This document shows, in pieces, positions 1 through 13,420 of a stretch of DNA of 64,000 bases; positions within the stretch are counted from its first letter, which is position 1; each line of letters opens with the position of its first letter. Both the position numbers and the translations under genes were made by a program. The notes beneath the pieces are model-generated. The model saw only the letters and a program-made list of their open reading frames with translations. It was not told the origin of the DNA and made no database searches. The stretch is from Setoptus koraiensis. Taxonomy: Eukaryota; Animalia; Arthropoda. Location: the NCBI GenBank assembly GCA_048013815.1, contig CM106585.1:3844001-3908000 (forward strand). Direction: 5' to 3'.

Positions 1-391
1 CGTCGCTAGCTGGCTGGCTGGCCAGCAAACAGCCAAATAAAGCGAAAGGAAAAAATGTTTGTCGTCCACAACAACTTGAGGCCACTAAATCAAGGACAAG
101 AGTGCTTGGCCCGCTTTTATATATTGCGCGCCAACAACTTTCGGATGCCGCCCGAAAGTTGTTGGCCCGTTTGCCGTCTGCCGTTTGCCGCTGGCAGGGG
201 CGCATTATCTCCGGCCGGGGCGCAATTGTTGTTTGCAAATTTATCACCAGTCGGTTGTGATTGTCCGGCGCAGCAACTTTAAACTTGTCCACTTTTAGGT
301 GTGCGTAATGGCCCCACATAAACTGCCGGCCTGCCCACATAGAGGCGCTCTCGCTGCCGGGCTCACACTTTGCCGAGCGGGCGAGCGAGAG

Positions 392-451
392 CGTTCGAAG
401 CGTTCGCAGCGTTCGCAGCGTTCGGGGCGCTCGGAGCGTTCGCAGCGTTCG
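392..451. repeat. Short degenerate minisatellite of GCGTTCG(A/C/G)-type 9-mers
   Basis: gcgttcgaa gcgttcgca gcgttcgca gcgttcggg gcgctcgga gcgttcgca read directly; related arrays at about 37652-37724 and, inverted, 49901-49968. Confidence 0.85.
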
Positions 452-551
452 AGGGCATTACCGGACACATTATCGGGGGCGCCTGTGGGGCCTGCGCGAG
501 TGCTGGCAAGTGTTCCGGAGTGGCGAGCGGCCCGTTGTGCCAGTCGGGCCC

Positions 552-626
552 GTTGTGCCGGGCGACAGTTTGCGAAGTTGTGCCGAGCGACAGTTTGCGA
601 AGTTGTGCCGAGCGACAGTTTGCGAA
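552..626. repeat. 25-bp tandem repeat x3
   Basis: Unit gttgtgccgagcgacagtttgcgaa repeated three times, with one mismatch in copy 1. Confidence 0.9.
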
Positions 627-3600
627 CGGCAGCCGGCCGGGCAAATGTGCCGCATTCCGACAAGTAGTGGCCAGTTGCCGCACTACTTGTCGGCAACCGA
701 AAATGGCGGCCCGCCAGAAGTCACATCACGAGTGGCGGACGGGGGCCCCCGCGAAACGCGCACACGCATACACAAATAGACACCAGAAACAAGTGGTAAC
801 AATAATGATTCTTCAATAATAATGACTGCTGTAATGGCACAGTAATTTCAAGATAATAACATGGTAGCGCGCGCCCATAACATAAAAACGCGCGACAGAA
901 ATCATATGTCTGAGGTGTTGTTTGTGTCGCCTAGCGGCGCACAATGAAAAAACAAATATAACAAGGCGCAACATGACAGGCCCAACAACAACTCTCAGCG
1001 GCTCTCTGTCTGGCCCCAGTTGGCCAGGCACAAGCTGCCATCTCGGGCCAGTCTGCCAAATGGCGCCCCCAAGTGACGACACTGCGACAAGTTAGCGAAA
1101 GTTGCCAAGCGGCCAACTCCGGCAGCCCGCGAAACGCGCCATCTCGCCGTGGCGCGCCCGACAATTGGGGCCGCACAACAACCAACTAACCAACGCAATC
1201 AGTTGTTGTTTTCGGTCAATTGGGGCACGACCGACCCACCGACCGACAACAGCAGCCTGTGTGTCGAGCGAGTGTGACGGCGACAGTGGCGCCATTAGGG
1301 CGCCGTTTCCGGGCCGATCGAAAGTGTTGAATTAACCCATTATTACGATTGTTTGGTTTGCTGTCGCTCGCTTGCTCGCTCGCTCGCCGGCTTGTCTATT
1401 ATCGAACAACGGGAGATAATGATAAGATGATTGCACGTTCAGATTTATTTCATTCTCTCGGCCGGCACCGTCGGCTACTTAACGTGAATTAATTCAACGA
1501 GCCCGGCGACACAAGCGGCGCCCGCGATGATACCGCGCCAGCTCCAAGTCCAACTGTCTAGACACGGTGTGCCAGACGTAAAGAGTTTCTCTGGTTTTGT
1601 CTATAAACAAAATTGATTGCCAAGCCAACTCTCTGTGCCGGCGTCTCTTGAATATTGAATGGGGCACGCTGCTTGTATATTTGCTCCCATACATGCCCTG
1701 TATATATATATATATATATGGGCCTGATCCAATAAGCGCAGCTCGTTGCTTTGATCGATGAGAATAGCTCGCCAGAAGAACGCTGTTTTGTGTCCAATCA
1801 CGCCGAGCTAATTCTGATTTTTTGTTTGGCTGTGCGTACTGGCACAATTGTCGCCAGTACGCTGTTGTTGGCCACTGACATGATGAGCAGCGCTGTCATG
1901 TTACATCACCAACAAACATTGTTGGGGCCGGTCAGTGGGCTAGCGGCAAACTGGCGCACACAATCACCGGAAACAGACTATATTTGGAGCGGTCAGTCCA
2001 TCTATTTTATCTGCTGCTGCCGCTGCTGCTGCTGCTCTATTGTGCGCTTGTGCAACTTGCGTAATAATAATGGCATAATAACAAAAACTTATACATTATT
2101 ACATTATCCTTCTCTCGCTGTATGACTGTCTGGACGCGCTCCATCGGGCCTCGCGCGCTTCAAGGGCTTTGTGGCGATGATCCCACTGTGCCGGGATTTT
2201 CTGGGCCGGCCAGCAGGGCGGCACTTGATTGGTATTGGCCCGACGAGGTACTGCCCCCATTACTATCGACCGCTATGTGAGCCTCGAGCACACACACACA
2301 GGCACAGGAGCACAGAAAAGTGGCGAAAATGCAGAGCCGGGCGAAAATGAGCGAGGGCAAAAACGAACCGGAAGTTATAAATCCAAATTTCAAGCGTGAA
2401 GAAACATGTTTCGCCCAAACAGAGGCGCCGAATAGCGTCGCAAGCAGAGGCGCCGCTGGCCGTTGCAAACGCGGCCGCACTTGCTGGCCACGGTGACCCA
2501 GTGACAATGAAACGCCGAGAAAGCTGCTTATTGGATAAATGTATCCATTGTTGGCCATGTTGTTGGCTTCTTTTTTGCCGCTCGCCACAACCGGTCGGTG
2601 AGCGCCGGACCCATTATCACTGGTGCGCGTTATGGCTGCATGCGCCGGCCGTGCACTGGACACATTAACAACATCTCTTTCAACGGCGACATGGGCTCTT
2701 TCTCGCTAATAGTTGCAATAAGTCTATTTGAATACTCTATCGGAACAGAGCAGCAACACACTGGCAGCAGTTGCATACAGTAAATAATTTCATTGTATTA
2801 CTCTTTCGCTATTAAGCAAGCCCAAAAAGAGGCCAGACAGCCGTTACATAGTCGGCTGGCCAGCGACAGACGTTCTGGTTTCAGACTGTCTGGGGCCGGG
2901 GCCCCAATGAGCTGGCCAAAGATCAAAAATTTGGATCACGTCGGCGTGTCGTGTGTCCATTGGCACATGCTGGCTGGCAGCTTTTATTTTACTTTACCGT
3001 CTCCACTCGCGCGCCTACAACAACTGCCAATGAAATGTTGCTTATTGTCGGTCATGACGCTGATAAATGCTGGCGCAATTTAGAGGGCGCTCGCAATGGC
3101 ATCGACGAGACACTTACAATGGTTCTCACACATGACACTTTTGGCTGGCTCGATTCTTTTTGATTTGATCGTTCTCTGTCTGGCGCTCGTTGTGTGTCAT
3201 TGCGTAATTGTTGCCGAGACAATGTATTTATTACACAATTGTATGTATTACACAATGAGCAGGCAGCAGACAGAAACAAGACAAGAATCAGTTTCATGGG
3301 CACACAATCGGACAATGCGATTCGAGTGCAGAGCTGCACAGCCAATCAATTAGAGCAATGTCTTTGTGTGGGTCCGTCTAATTCGAGTCTGTCTAGTTCG
3401 AGTCTGTCTAGTTAGCTCGAGACACTTGTTTGTGACACGATGCGCGATGCACCGGTTGTGGGGCCCACATTTCAAGATTGTCAAGATCAACTTTCGCATG
3501 CCGAACCGGCCAGTCAGCGGCGACCTTTCGAGAGAAACAATTTTCCAAACACAGGCCCTCTTGTGCTTGCGAAATTGGCCAGAAATTTCGCGAAATTTCG

Positions 3601-3652
3601 CCCGGCTCGCCGCTTGGCAACTGTGTCTGAGCGGCCTGTCGCCGCCGACTAT

Positions 3653-3712
3653 AATTTCAACAAATACAAATTTCAACAAATACAAATTTCAACAAATACA
3701 AATTTTGCCAAA
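3653..3712. repeat. 16-bp tandem repeat x3 plus a degenerate copy
   Basis: aatttcaacaaataca repeated. Confidence 0.85.
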
Positions 3713-6238
3713 CACAAATTTGGCCCCAATCAGGCGTGTCGCGCGATCAACTACCAACCTAGCGACACCGACCGAAAACACCGGCCAGCCATGACAGATA
3801 TCTATATCTATTACAGGTCGACTTGCTGCAGCGCGTGCTGGCCAGTTGGCCGACGTTTGCTTGCACATTGTATTGCGAGCACGTAACGGAACACCGCCAT
3901 TACACTTGTTATAACATGTTATGTCACCATATGACACCGTTTGAACGGTGCCAACGGCGAGCTGGCGAGCATTACCAAGCGCGCCTATTATTGATATTAT
4001 TGACTTATAATATTATCAATTGGACACAAGCCATTTCCCGCACAATTTCCAGCAAAATTTCGGCGTGCACGGCAGTTGCCAGGCGGGCGCGGGCAGCGGG
4101 GGGCACCCATGCAAATGTCGCGCGCGGCGCACGGGCAAATAATTCCCGCGAATAAAGTCAAATTCATGATGACAACCAAATTGGCAATTGCAACTTTTCC
4201 AAGAATTGCTTATCCCCTTGCTTGCGGGCTGACGGGCTGGCGGGCCGACCGGCCCGTTTGTGCGCCGGCCCGCGCTTGTTACGGCTCTAATTTATGGTTA
4301 GCTGGCGGTGCCCGATCGTGACCAGTGTCCGCCAGTCCGTGCAGTTGCTTGTCGCGACAGGAAGCTGCCCGCTCGCCACTGGACGCCAATGGTCGCGTCG
4401 TCTTGCGTTGGCGCCGATGTGTCGCCGCCGGACCCCAGCGGCCCCGTTCGCGAACGGGGCTTGCGTGTCGCGGCCCGTGTATTGCATTAGCGTCTTCGGT
4501 CGCTCGAGTCGCAGCGTATGCAAAGTGTATTATTATTTTACAAAAGTTGTTGCTTTTCCCGGGCGGCACGAAACCATTGCGCCACCTTTATACAATACAA
4601 TTATCGTGCCGCATACAATATACAATATCCGACGAGCCGCACGCGCACACACACAATCTGCCCGAGCTCGACTTACATTGCGGGTAGCGCAATTGCCGGT
4701 AACCCGCAATGCAAGTCCGCTCATGGGAGCCAGGCAACGGGCCGCCCAATGATCAATCGGCGACAGTTGTAATGCCCAAATTTGTGTCTGTCTATTTGCA
4801 CTGGTTGGTTGTTTCTTGGTGGTTCTCGTGTTCGCTCGGGTTCGCTCACGAGCGGGCGCGACCGGGTTACGGTCAAATGGCGCACAAATTGGTGGTTTAG
4901 ATGTTTGTCACTAGAGGCAGCTCGGTATCACTGGCGACATGAAACCGAGTGAGTGAGCACGAGTCGAGACGGCACGTGGTACTTTTGCTGCGATCATTGC
5001 AGTCGGCGGCCATTGTCAACTTGTCGCGCGATATTGTTGTGTGCGGTGCGCGCATATCCGAAAATACCCGAGCGCATCCGAGCCAAGACATGTCATTGGC
5101 GTGGCGTCTATTATCGCACCGGCGGAAACGGAAAGCCCGCCAGAGATGTAACTGCGGCCCGCCAGAGATGTAACTGGCGCCAGCAGCGGCGCCAATTGTG
5201 TGGCAGCAGGTACCGGCGGTTGTTTACCGGCCCAAATATCCAGCCAGCAACGACAAACAAGCAATAACGGGACAATAACGGCCGCCAAGACTGTTGTTGC
5301 ATCAACAATTTGAGCCATATTTATCGCGCTGCAGCAGCGAGATAAGTATGGCTCAAATTGTAGTAGTATGGCGGCCCGAACGCAATTATTGCTGTGCATG
5401 CTGCCGCGCATACCCGTGAGGCCCGGCGGAGCCGGGCCGACAGGAAACAGCCCGACCAGTTATGCAGTGTTTGTTTCTAGATGGCGCTTGACCAAGACCC
5501 ACAACCAAAACACAATCTCTCATTTCTGCCGGCCGACAGACCGTTGTGATTACGCAATATCAGACACACACACAAAGTAGCGCATGAGTTTGTGTGTCGT
5601 TGTTGGCCACTTATTGCAGACGGCGAGGTCCAGTTGTGTCCGGCGAAAGTAATAAACGTAACACTTGCTTGCATTGCGCAATATATAGATATAAATATAT
5701 AACAATACAAAATAAGGCCTCGCGATGCCGGCCCGGCCCCCATTTATGACACCGTCCCCCTGGCAGCGCCGGCCGCCGCGCGGACAAAAAGTTCAACTTC
5801 AATCTGACCAACGGTCAAGCTTGCCATAAATTGTGTGTGTGTGTGTGTGTGTGTTGTGTGCAAACTTTAGATTAGGATTAGACAGACGGGCACGCACACG
5901 GAAACCGTTATACGGTGGGCGCGGGGGGCCCGGTGGGGGCCCGGCTTTGCGGGCCGGCCTCAGTGTGTGTGCGAGTTCTTCTAGAAGTTGCCATACTACA
6001 TGCCCGAGCAGTTGTCATGCCGGGCCGGCAAATACAAGCGTTTGTGTGGGTGTTTGTATGTGTACGTTTGCACACTTTTGTCATGCTCTCTCGAGCGGGC
6101 TAAGCTCGCGGATTATCCCCGAGAACGAGCAGTGACACTGCGCTGGCGACAGCAGCGACAATGGCGACAAAGATAGATCGCCAAGTTAGCAATGGCGCCC
6201 GCGCCGCGCCTCGTCCAGCAGCGAGGCACGCTATTATA

Positions 6239-6269
<31 letters not shown>

Positions 6270-7430
6270 GCCAATTCCAGCCAATCCGAGCCGAAACTAG
6301 CCAGCGCTAACATCATGTTAGTAACGCGGTCACGGGGTGGCCATATAAGGCAGTTGTAAACACAACCAAGGGGCCCAGATCAACATCATTTGCCTAAGCG
6401 GCTCGTTAGATATTTATCAGCTTGATACATTGTGCAGGTGAATTGGCCTAGACACACAATCTGTCAGATTGTTGCCGGCCCCACTGGCTGTGTGTTGACT
6501 TGGCGCTTCTGAGGGCGCCCTTGTAACTTACAACTCGTAAGCCGGCTCGGCTGGCACGCACTGTTCCCGTTGCGGGTCCCCCGCTAAATATCAACGCGCG
6601 AGACGCATTTTGCAATATTTGACGCTAACACGTTTCGGATTGTTGTCACTGCGGACAGCTCGGGCCCCAATCTGGTGGCCCGATTTCGGACGGAATTCGC
6701 CCCGGTTTCGGCCCAAATTCGACCCGATTTGGCCTGATTTCGGCCTGATTGGGCCCGCTGCTGCGCCCTGGCGCCGCTGCGGCCACTTTGCATACACTGA
6801 AGTGCCGGACACATTTCGATCGGCCACTGCGGGCGCCAATAACGGGCGCCTCAATGGCGCCGGCACAAGCGCTGTTTTGTGTAGCGAAACAACGGGTTCC
6901 TTTCCGTTTCGGAAGCCCAAACAACTGGACATGGTGGCCGGCGCTAAGAGACCAATTGACCAGTGCGCCAGCGTGACTGGCCGATAAGTGCGCCAAGGAG
7001 GCCCTTCATTGTTGGTTATTGTTGCGGCTCGCTAGGGGCGTGTGTGTGCTGGTGTTTTTTGCCTTGGCCAAACAATTTCTCACATAGCTCAATCGGCGCA
7101 CTTGAGAGAAATTTCAAGAGAGCCAGCCAGACTCTAGCTGCTATAGGGAGAGTGATAAAGAAAGAAGCAAATCAAACAAAGCGACCACCATTCTCGGCCG
7201 CTGCTGCTGCTGCCAAACAAATCCGCCAGGCGCTTACCCGGCCAACGAGCTGGCCAGCGAAAATGGGGGCTGGCGGCGCCAATTCATGGTGGTGCGCGTA
7301 CGTGTGTGCATTGTGTCGAGACAGCTGTTTGGGGCCGCGCATCATTAGCGCCCGCTGGAGCCCCTATGGCGCAACCGGGCCGCGGCGGCAAGCTGCTAAG
7401 CCCGATGCGAACGCGCACGTTATTATTGGG

Positions 7431-7445
7431 GCCACTAGAGGGCCA
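7431..7445 (+). promoter_or_regulatory. CTCF-like motif
   Basis: gCCACTAGAGGGCca matches the CTCF core consensus; sequence match only. Confidence 0.3.
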
Positions 7446-8149
7446 GTGGCACCAGATTGAAGATGGAATCTCGAGAAGTCATGAGACGGGCCCGGCAAGC
7501 CGATGCAAACAGATGCACAATAAATGCGGAATGGGTCGGCGGGCGAACAGTTTGTTGGCTTGTTTGCTTTATTATCTGGCCCGCATTCTTTATGCAGATG
7601 CTTGCCGGTGGCCCGAACGAGGCCCCCATTCCGACGAGTGGGGACGTGAATGTTAGGGCCACTGTCCCGCACCGCATTCGCTCAGTTATGTGACCTCCAT
7701 TATATTGAAATAACACTGAGGGCAATTGTCACTCGGCGGCCACCAGGTGAAATCGCGGTATCACCGTTGTGCGCGCTCTGTCATATTCTAGAATACTCTA
7801 GAATCTAGAGTGCGTTGTTGGCCCATTATCGCCGCTGCCAACGACAGTGGTTGGCCAGCGCATTGCGTCACCGCACCAATATCCAGCAACTAACGGTTAT
7901 GACCATGTAAACGAGCTGACTTTATGACAAATATTTGCACTCTGTTACACTGATACCAACCAACAGTCTCAACAGCAAAACTCACTGACTCATGATATAA
8001 CTCACTAGAGGCGCGCACCTCTTGTCACTGCTACTAATCAAAACAAATTACCAGACAAACGGGCAGATTGTCGCAAACCAGCGAACAAACACACACATCG
8101 ATGGGCCAAAACAAACACACCAAAGCAAATACACAAAATATCCTAATAG

Positions 8150-9400
8150 ATGCTCCTATTACGCAACTGATCATATGAGGAGCGACAGTTTAAATTGTGC
8201 TGATGAGAAACAAAAAATTGTTGCTCGTCCACTGGCAACGATACTAACCAAGACTAACCAAACGGCAAGATCGTTCAGAACGATTTTTCTCGTGGCACCA
8301 ACACTCGACGGCCAAGTGTTTGGACATGATTAACTATGACGAACCATTGTGAATACGCTCGTTACTGGTTGTGTGCTGCGGCTTCCAATAGAAAAGGCAA
8401 AAAATCGGTTTTTCCGGCCATGGACAGGCACATTTTTGCCGGAAAAGTGATGAGAACGACCTCTAGATCTGCATCTGCAGGCCTACTGGTCCAAGAAAAA
8501 ATCGCAAAGTCCACCAGGGCTATCTGCTTGCCAGACTGCGCCTCATCCGGAAGCTCCTCTGGACGGACTGGGCGTTTTTTTTTTTTTGATTTCGGCTTGC
8601 AAATTGCAAGTTGCGATAGCGAAAAACACCAAAGAGGTATTGAGCGAGCGCCGAAGCGCTTTTCCTTTATGCTCTCTATCAAAATAATAGTATCCATCCG
8701 TTGCCCACTCGTGCCGTCCTCGTCAACTAAACCGAGATTAAATCGGCGATTATTTTGCAATGAACGTGTTTTGAAATCATCATCAGTTATATTTACAGTT
8801 GCTTTTTGTCAGTTGTTTTCAAAGACAACTGACAAAACAACTGTGTGAGAGCATAATCAATTTTCCATGATGCAACCCAAATTTAATTCTGATCTTGTCT
8901 GTGGTTGGGCCCCTGAACGCAAAATTTTCGCTAATATGTCGTCAAGCGAGCATTGTGTAATGGATCACATGCACAAAAAAGTTCTGACCCCAACATCTGG
9001 ATACAGCTTGCAAGATCTACCATAATTTATCGCGCAAAAGATTGCACAATACAATTGTGGGGCCCCAAGTAAGCCAAGATTTTGTGCTTGTGTCGAGTGG
9101 CACACAGACCATTTAATGAAAAGATGATGATAATATAATTTGTTTGAGAAGCGGCTAGCTCAGCTTACATTGATAATCACAGTCAGTGTGATCAGAGTTG
9201 GTGAAATATGATTTAATGAATCAACTGTAGGGGTCGTGTCATGCTTCACTGAGATTAATGTAATGACAATACACCAACCTATGTTTATGTTTGTGTGGGT
9301 GGGCGCGTTCGTTCTACAGTACAGTGTATGACCAGATACAGATAATAACGATAAGTAATAGAGACGACCCGTTGGCTTGTAAGAAAAAACCAAAACAAAG
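8150..9400 (-). mobile_element. Highly decayed hAT-like DNA transposase remnant
   Basis: Broken frames on the minus strand give WC-I-(frameshift)-HYINLS(V)K at ~9270 (CxxH-like), PLDTSTKSW at ~9095 (DxxTRW-like) and YWK...KHLAV...RSERS at ~8270-8390 (dimerisation-domain-like). Order and spacing fit hAT transposases, but there are many stops and frameshifts. Confidence 0.3.
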
Positions 9401-12400
9401 TTACGTAACTAACTAAAAAGCGGGATTCGGGGCGCATCTGGGGTATTTGTTGTTGTTGCGCTCATGCAGTCGAGAGGCCACACTGCATGGCGGTACCCAA
9501 ACTGGTGCTGCTACCAGTTGGGCCAGCCAGCTAAAACTACGATTACGGCCATGATAATGATGATGAATGATGTACTAGCCAGACTCTCTCAAACGGCTCA
9601 ATGTATTTTTGCGCAGAGGCGTTCATTTTCACTAGGCTCACGATCGTCGTATATTATCTCGCTGGCAGTACCCTCATATGGATATTACAGCGGTTATAAT
9701 ACGTAAGTTGCAAATGTTTAGATGAGAGTATCGTATAGCGGCGCACACAAAAGGGCCGCTAGGCTAGCACAATTTCTATCTGAGCCGTGCGTTTGCAAAT
9801 ATCTTGTTTGTAAATGCAAATTATATCAGAGAAAATTCTTTAATCATGTGTTTCTTTTTTGAATTATCGTCTGCCTGGCCGGCGTGCAGTTTCTCGTCAG
9901 CGTTTATCTGTTAGTGCCTGGCGTTGAAACTGCTACTGTATCTGTGCGTCCGCGATCCGTGTATACAAGATTGCCACGAGACAGGTGTAGTTGAATTGAC
10001 GAGACCCAATTGCACTGAGTGTTTGCGTGTATAAACAGTTGCTGGTACCGACCGAGTCACACAAGATGAAAATTTTCCCTGCCTCAAAACACACAGCTGA
10101 AAGAAAGAGAGATAAAAATCCAAAAGTAATCTAGATTTCGGTGATTTCGTCGGAAAGAAGGCACCAAATTGATTCATGCATGTAACCAAAAACAATTCCA
10201 CTACCATACACAGTGTCACTGTTGTTGTGTTACCGGCAAAACTATTAATGATAGTTGATACAACTGGCCCAGTAAACACCTCGTTGGGCATCATCAGACA
10301 TCGTCTCGGATTTGGATTATTCACTGCTGCTAATGGCACGCTTGAGCTGGTTGCACTTATTTTTTTTTCTTTCGTCTTATTTCTCTTTTGCGTATGTGTG
10401 GGTATTCTTTCTCTCATTATTTAACGGTCTCAATCGTCATATGATGAAACACACACAACTGATGTTATTCCCGCATTAATTGTATTATAACTTATGTGTG
10501 TGCCTTCTTTTTTGTTGTTGGTGTATGTATTTTAATGGGGCCAAACCCGGCACCGACAACGCTAATTTTCTAATGTACATAATCTGTCTGACCATATTCA
10601 TTTACAGCATTCCATTATGATATCCTATCCATCTCTGAGCCATTAGTAACAATTTATCTACTAAGAGATCGAACTAGCGCCAGCATTTGTTTGCCTAGGC
10701 CACTGGTATGCAGTTGAATATCCATAATAGAATGGCAGAGAGTATATCCGCTGCACAAATACTGATCTAATCTGACTCATGTGGCCATGCTATGCGGTAA
10801 CTCAGAGCAATGAAGTCAGCGAAATAACTCATATCGCAGCAGTAAACATCCAATCTCGACGTTTCTATGTCTTCCTTAGGCAGAAACCACCGACTGGCAA
10901 TGCTAACTCTGTCTTCTCTACCGCAACCGAGGCCTCCATTGTCATCATCGAAATTGAACGAATTCTTCGAACCTCCGCGCGATGCAAACTAGATTGTGAT
11001 TTTCTTTTGAGAATATGAACATAAATATGAAATGGAAAATACTGAATCCTTATATCCCCAGCCTTCAAGTATTCTCGGTCAACGTTTTTCAAAACTTTCT
11101 AATCTGTCATTTTTCTCGCTGTGATAAGCTTATACTTTGAGGTGCGGAGCATATTATCAAGTTTATCAATTGTGCAGTGATATTTTCAATTGAAAACCGT
11201 TCAATTGAAAATGATTCCACAAAAAGTATCTTTTTTTCGTGAAAAATATGCATTGATGGACATTGTGATAAAAGTGACATCCAATGAGTAGGTAAACATA
11301 AATCAGCCCGCAAAACGCATAGAATTGATGAATGCATGATGATTAATCGTCCCACCATCTCATACATTGCGGGTCGGTCGGTTTAGATTTGTTCACCGGA
11401 AAAACACATTACATTGAATAAACCCGATATCGCATTTTTATGTCACATTTTTCAGTTTTCACAGTACGCGAATAACGGACCTGTCCGATCGAAACGAATG
11501 TAACGTGTATAAGAAGTATCTGCGTAGATGTGATTAAAAAACGAACCAGTAGAACCAGTTCGTGTTGAAAAACCCTGCTTCGGTGTGCATTTTCTATGTC
11601 GAGTAACGAGTTTTTAATTGAGAAATTCGTTTGCATTGACATACTGGAATATCAATGTGGGGCATCTCCCAGTAACTTAACCAATATGGACTGACTTTAA
11701 TGGTGGTTTTCGGGGGGTCTGGATCTATGAGCATTCATTTGCTGTTTTTTGAGGTGGAGAAAAATATTTTCGGTTGTAGTCAGTTCTTCTAGTGTTGTTT
11801 TCCGTCAAAAAGTGGGAGATTTTCTAATGCACGCAACTGTTTCTCGCTCAAAAGAGGAGACCTGTTGTGCAATAAAATAATGTTGTGAGGACTATTATCG
11901 CTTCCCTCGAGTACACAGTTATATCTGAGGCCCGTCGTTAGAGCGCAAACAACATCGCGAGGCGAACTGCGTCTATTCTGATTGCATTATTTTTTTCACA
12001 ATTTTTTTCCAAACGACACGCCGAACAGTTTGTCGTGTGGAGTTTTTCCACGCGCGCGAAAAAAATGAGCATCAGTGAGATATTTTTATTCTGGCAGGAT
12101 CTCGTGAGATCGCTTGAGTGTGGAGCGAGCGATCAATTGATTTCAATTGTAAAATCAGTCAGTTTACATGTTTGAGCCAGTTGAAAAGTCACGAGTCATT
12201 TTGACAATTCATTTTGACTGGCACATCGGCTGTTGGCCGGCCAAAAGACGGTGTTGGGGTCGGCGCTGGGCCCCGGGCGTCGCGCCACAAGCGCCTCGAG
12301 GCCTTATTGTCAGCTTGTGGGCCAGGCTAGAAATTGTGTGAGTGTGGTTAGTTTTGTTTGTTTGGTGTAGTTCACCGCATTAAACGACAAAGAGAGACTA

Positions 12401-13203
12401 GAAATGGGGTAGGCAGGTGCTTTTCTGGCAAATATTGATTGAGTTATAGTGGTTGTATTTCAGGTACATACGTATTGTCGTTATTACATTGCGTAACATG
12501 ACATGACATGACCATTTGCGGCGTTGTGTCATCATTTTTGTTGACGTGATCAAATGATCATATTAGTGACTAATGTTGCTATTTTTGCTTGACAATTGAC
12601 AATAGCTAGTAGCTGTGGTGCAATATTGCTCAAACGGCGGATATTGCAATTGCACAAATATGGCAAATAACACAAAAGATTGATCTAGTTTCTAGATTAC
12701 ATCATCGGCCCACCGTGAGCCGGTCAGGCTAGGCTACCTCGCAATTGTCCGGCGATTCAAATTTTTAAATGAATGATAAGTTTTCGTGTGAGCGGCCACT
12801 CGTGCCACGAACAAAATATTAATAAAGCAAGTATAGGATAAGTTGAGATAAGATCGGATTGTAAGATCGGATTGTCAGATTCTGTGCCCTGTGCAGCGCA
12901 GAATCTGACTTGACCATTCAAAATTAATGTAAGCGTCGTGCATAAATTGTAAAAGCGCACAGATACTTCATGCATTATTCAAGAAATATCCTTCAGCAGT
13001 GCTATTCATGAATTGAAACTAGTGCCGAGAATTCTGCCGGCGACAAAATTCCAAACTCCTTCACCCGATACAGCCCGAGTTGGTCAATGTCACACAGAAT
13101 TCGTGAGGCACGGATAATTAGATTAGTTTTTCAATTGTTGCTGAGAACCAAGATTTAGAAATTGTAGGGATTTGTCTCTCTGCGACCCTGTGACTTTGGC
13201 TGC

Positions 13204-13420
13204 TTGTTTCGATGCCTTGGCAATCAATTTCAGTCCTGGGTCGCTGACGCGCCGACCAACTGGTATCAGCAGCATGTAAATTTCAGCATGTCCGCGAATC
13301 GCATAATTGTGATCAATGATGATTACACTGATGAGGCCCGCTATGAGGCTGCATGTGCAGTCTTGTCGGGCGAAACGAGAATAAGATGTACTCTAAATGT
13401 AATTAGTGTATGTCGCGCAA
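13204..13420 (+). mobile_element. Decayed Ty3/Gypsy-type gag fragment
   Basis: SWVADAPTNWYQQHVNF...I...TDEARYEAACAVLSG resembles the FWxxDPxxWFxQxExxF...ITxDxTKFxxVVxxL N-terminal motif of Gypsy gag. No pol or LTR pair found. Confidence 0.35.

Noticed and set aside
2598-2783. NISFNGD resembling a downstream mGluR segment
   Set aside because: Wrong strand relative to the mGluR exons and no surrounding conservation.
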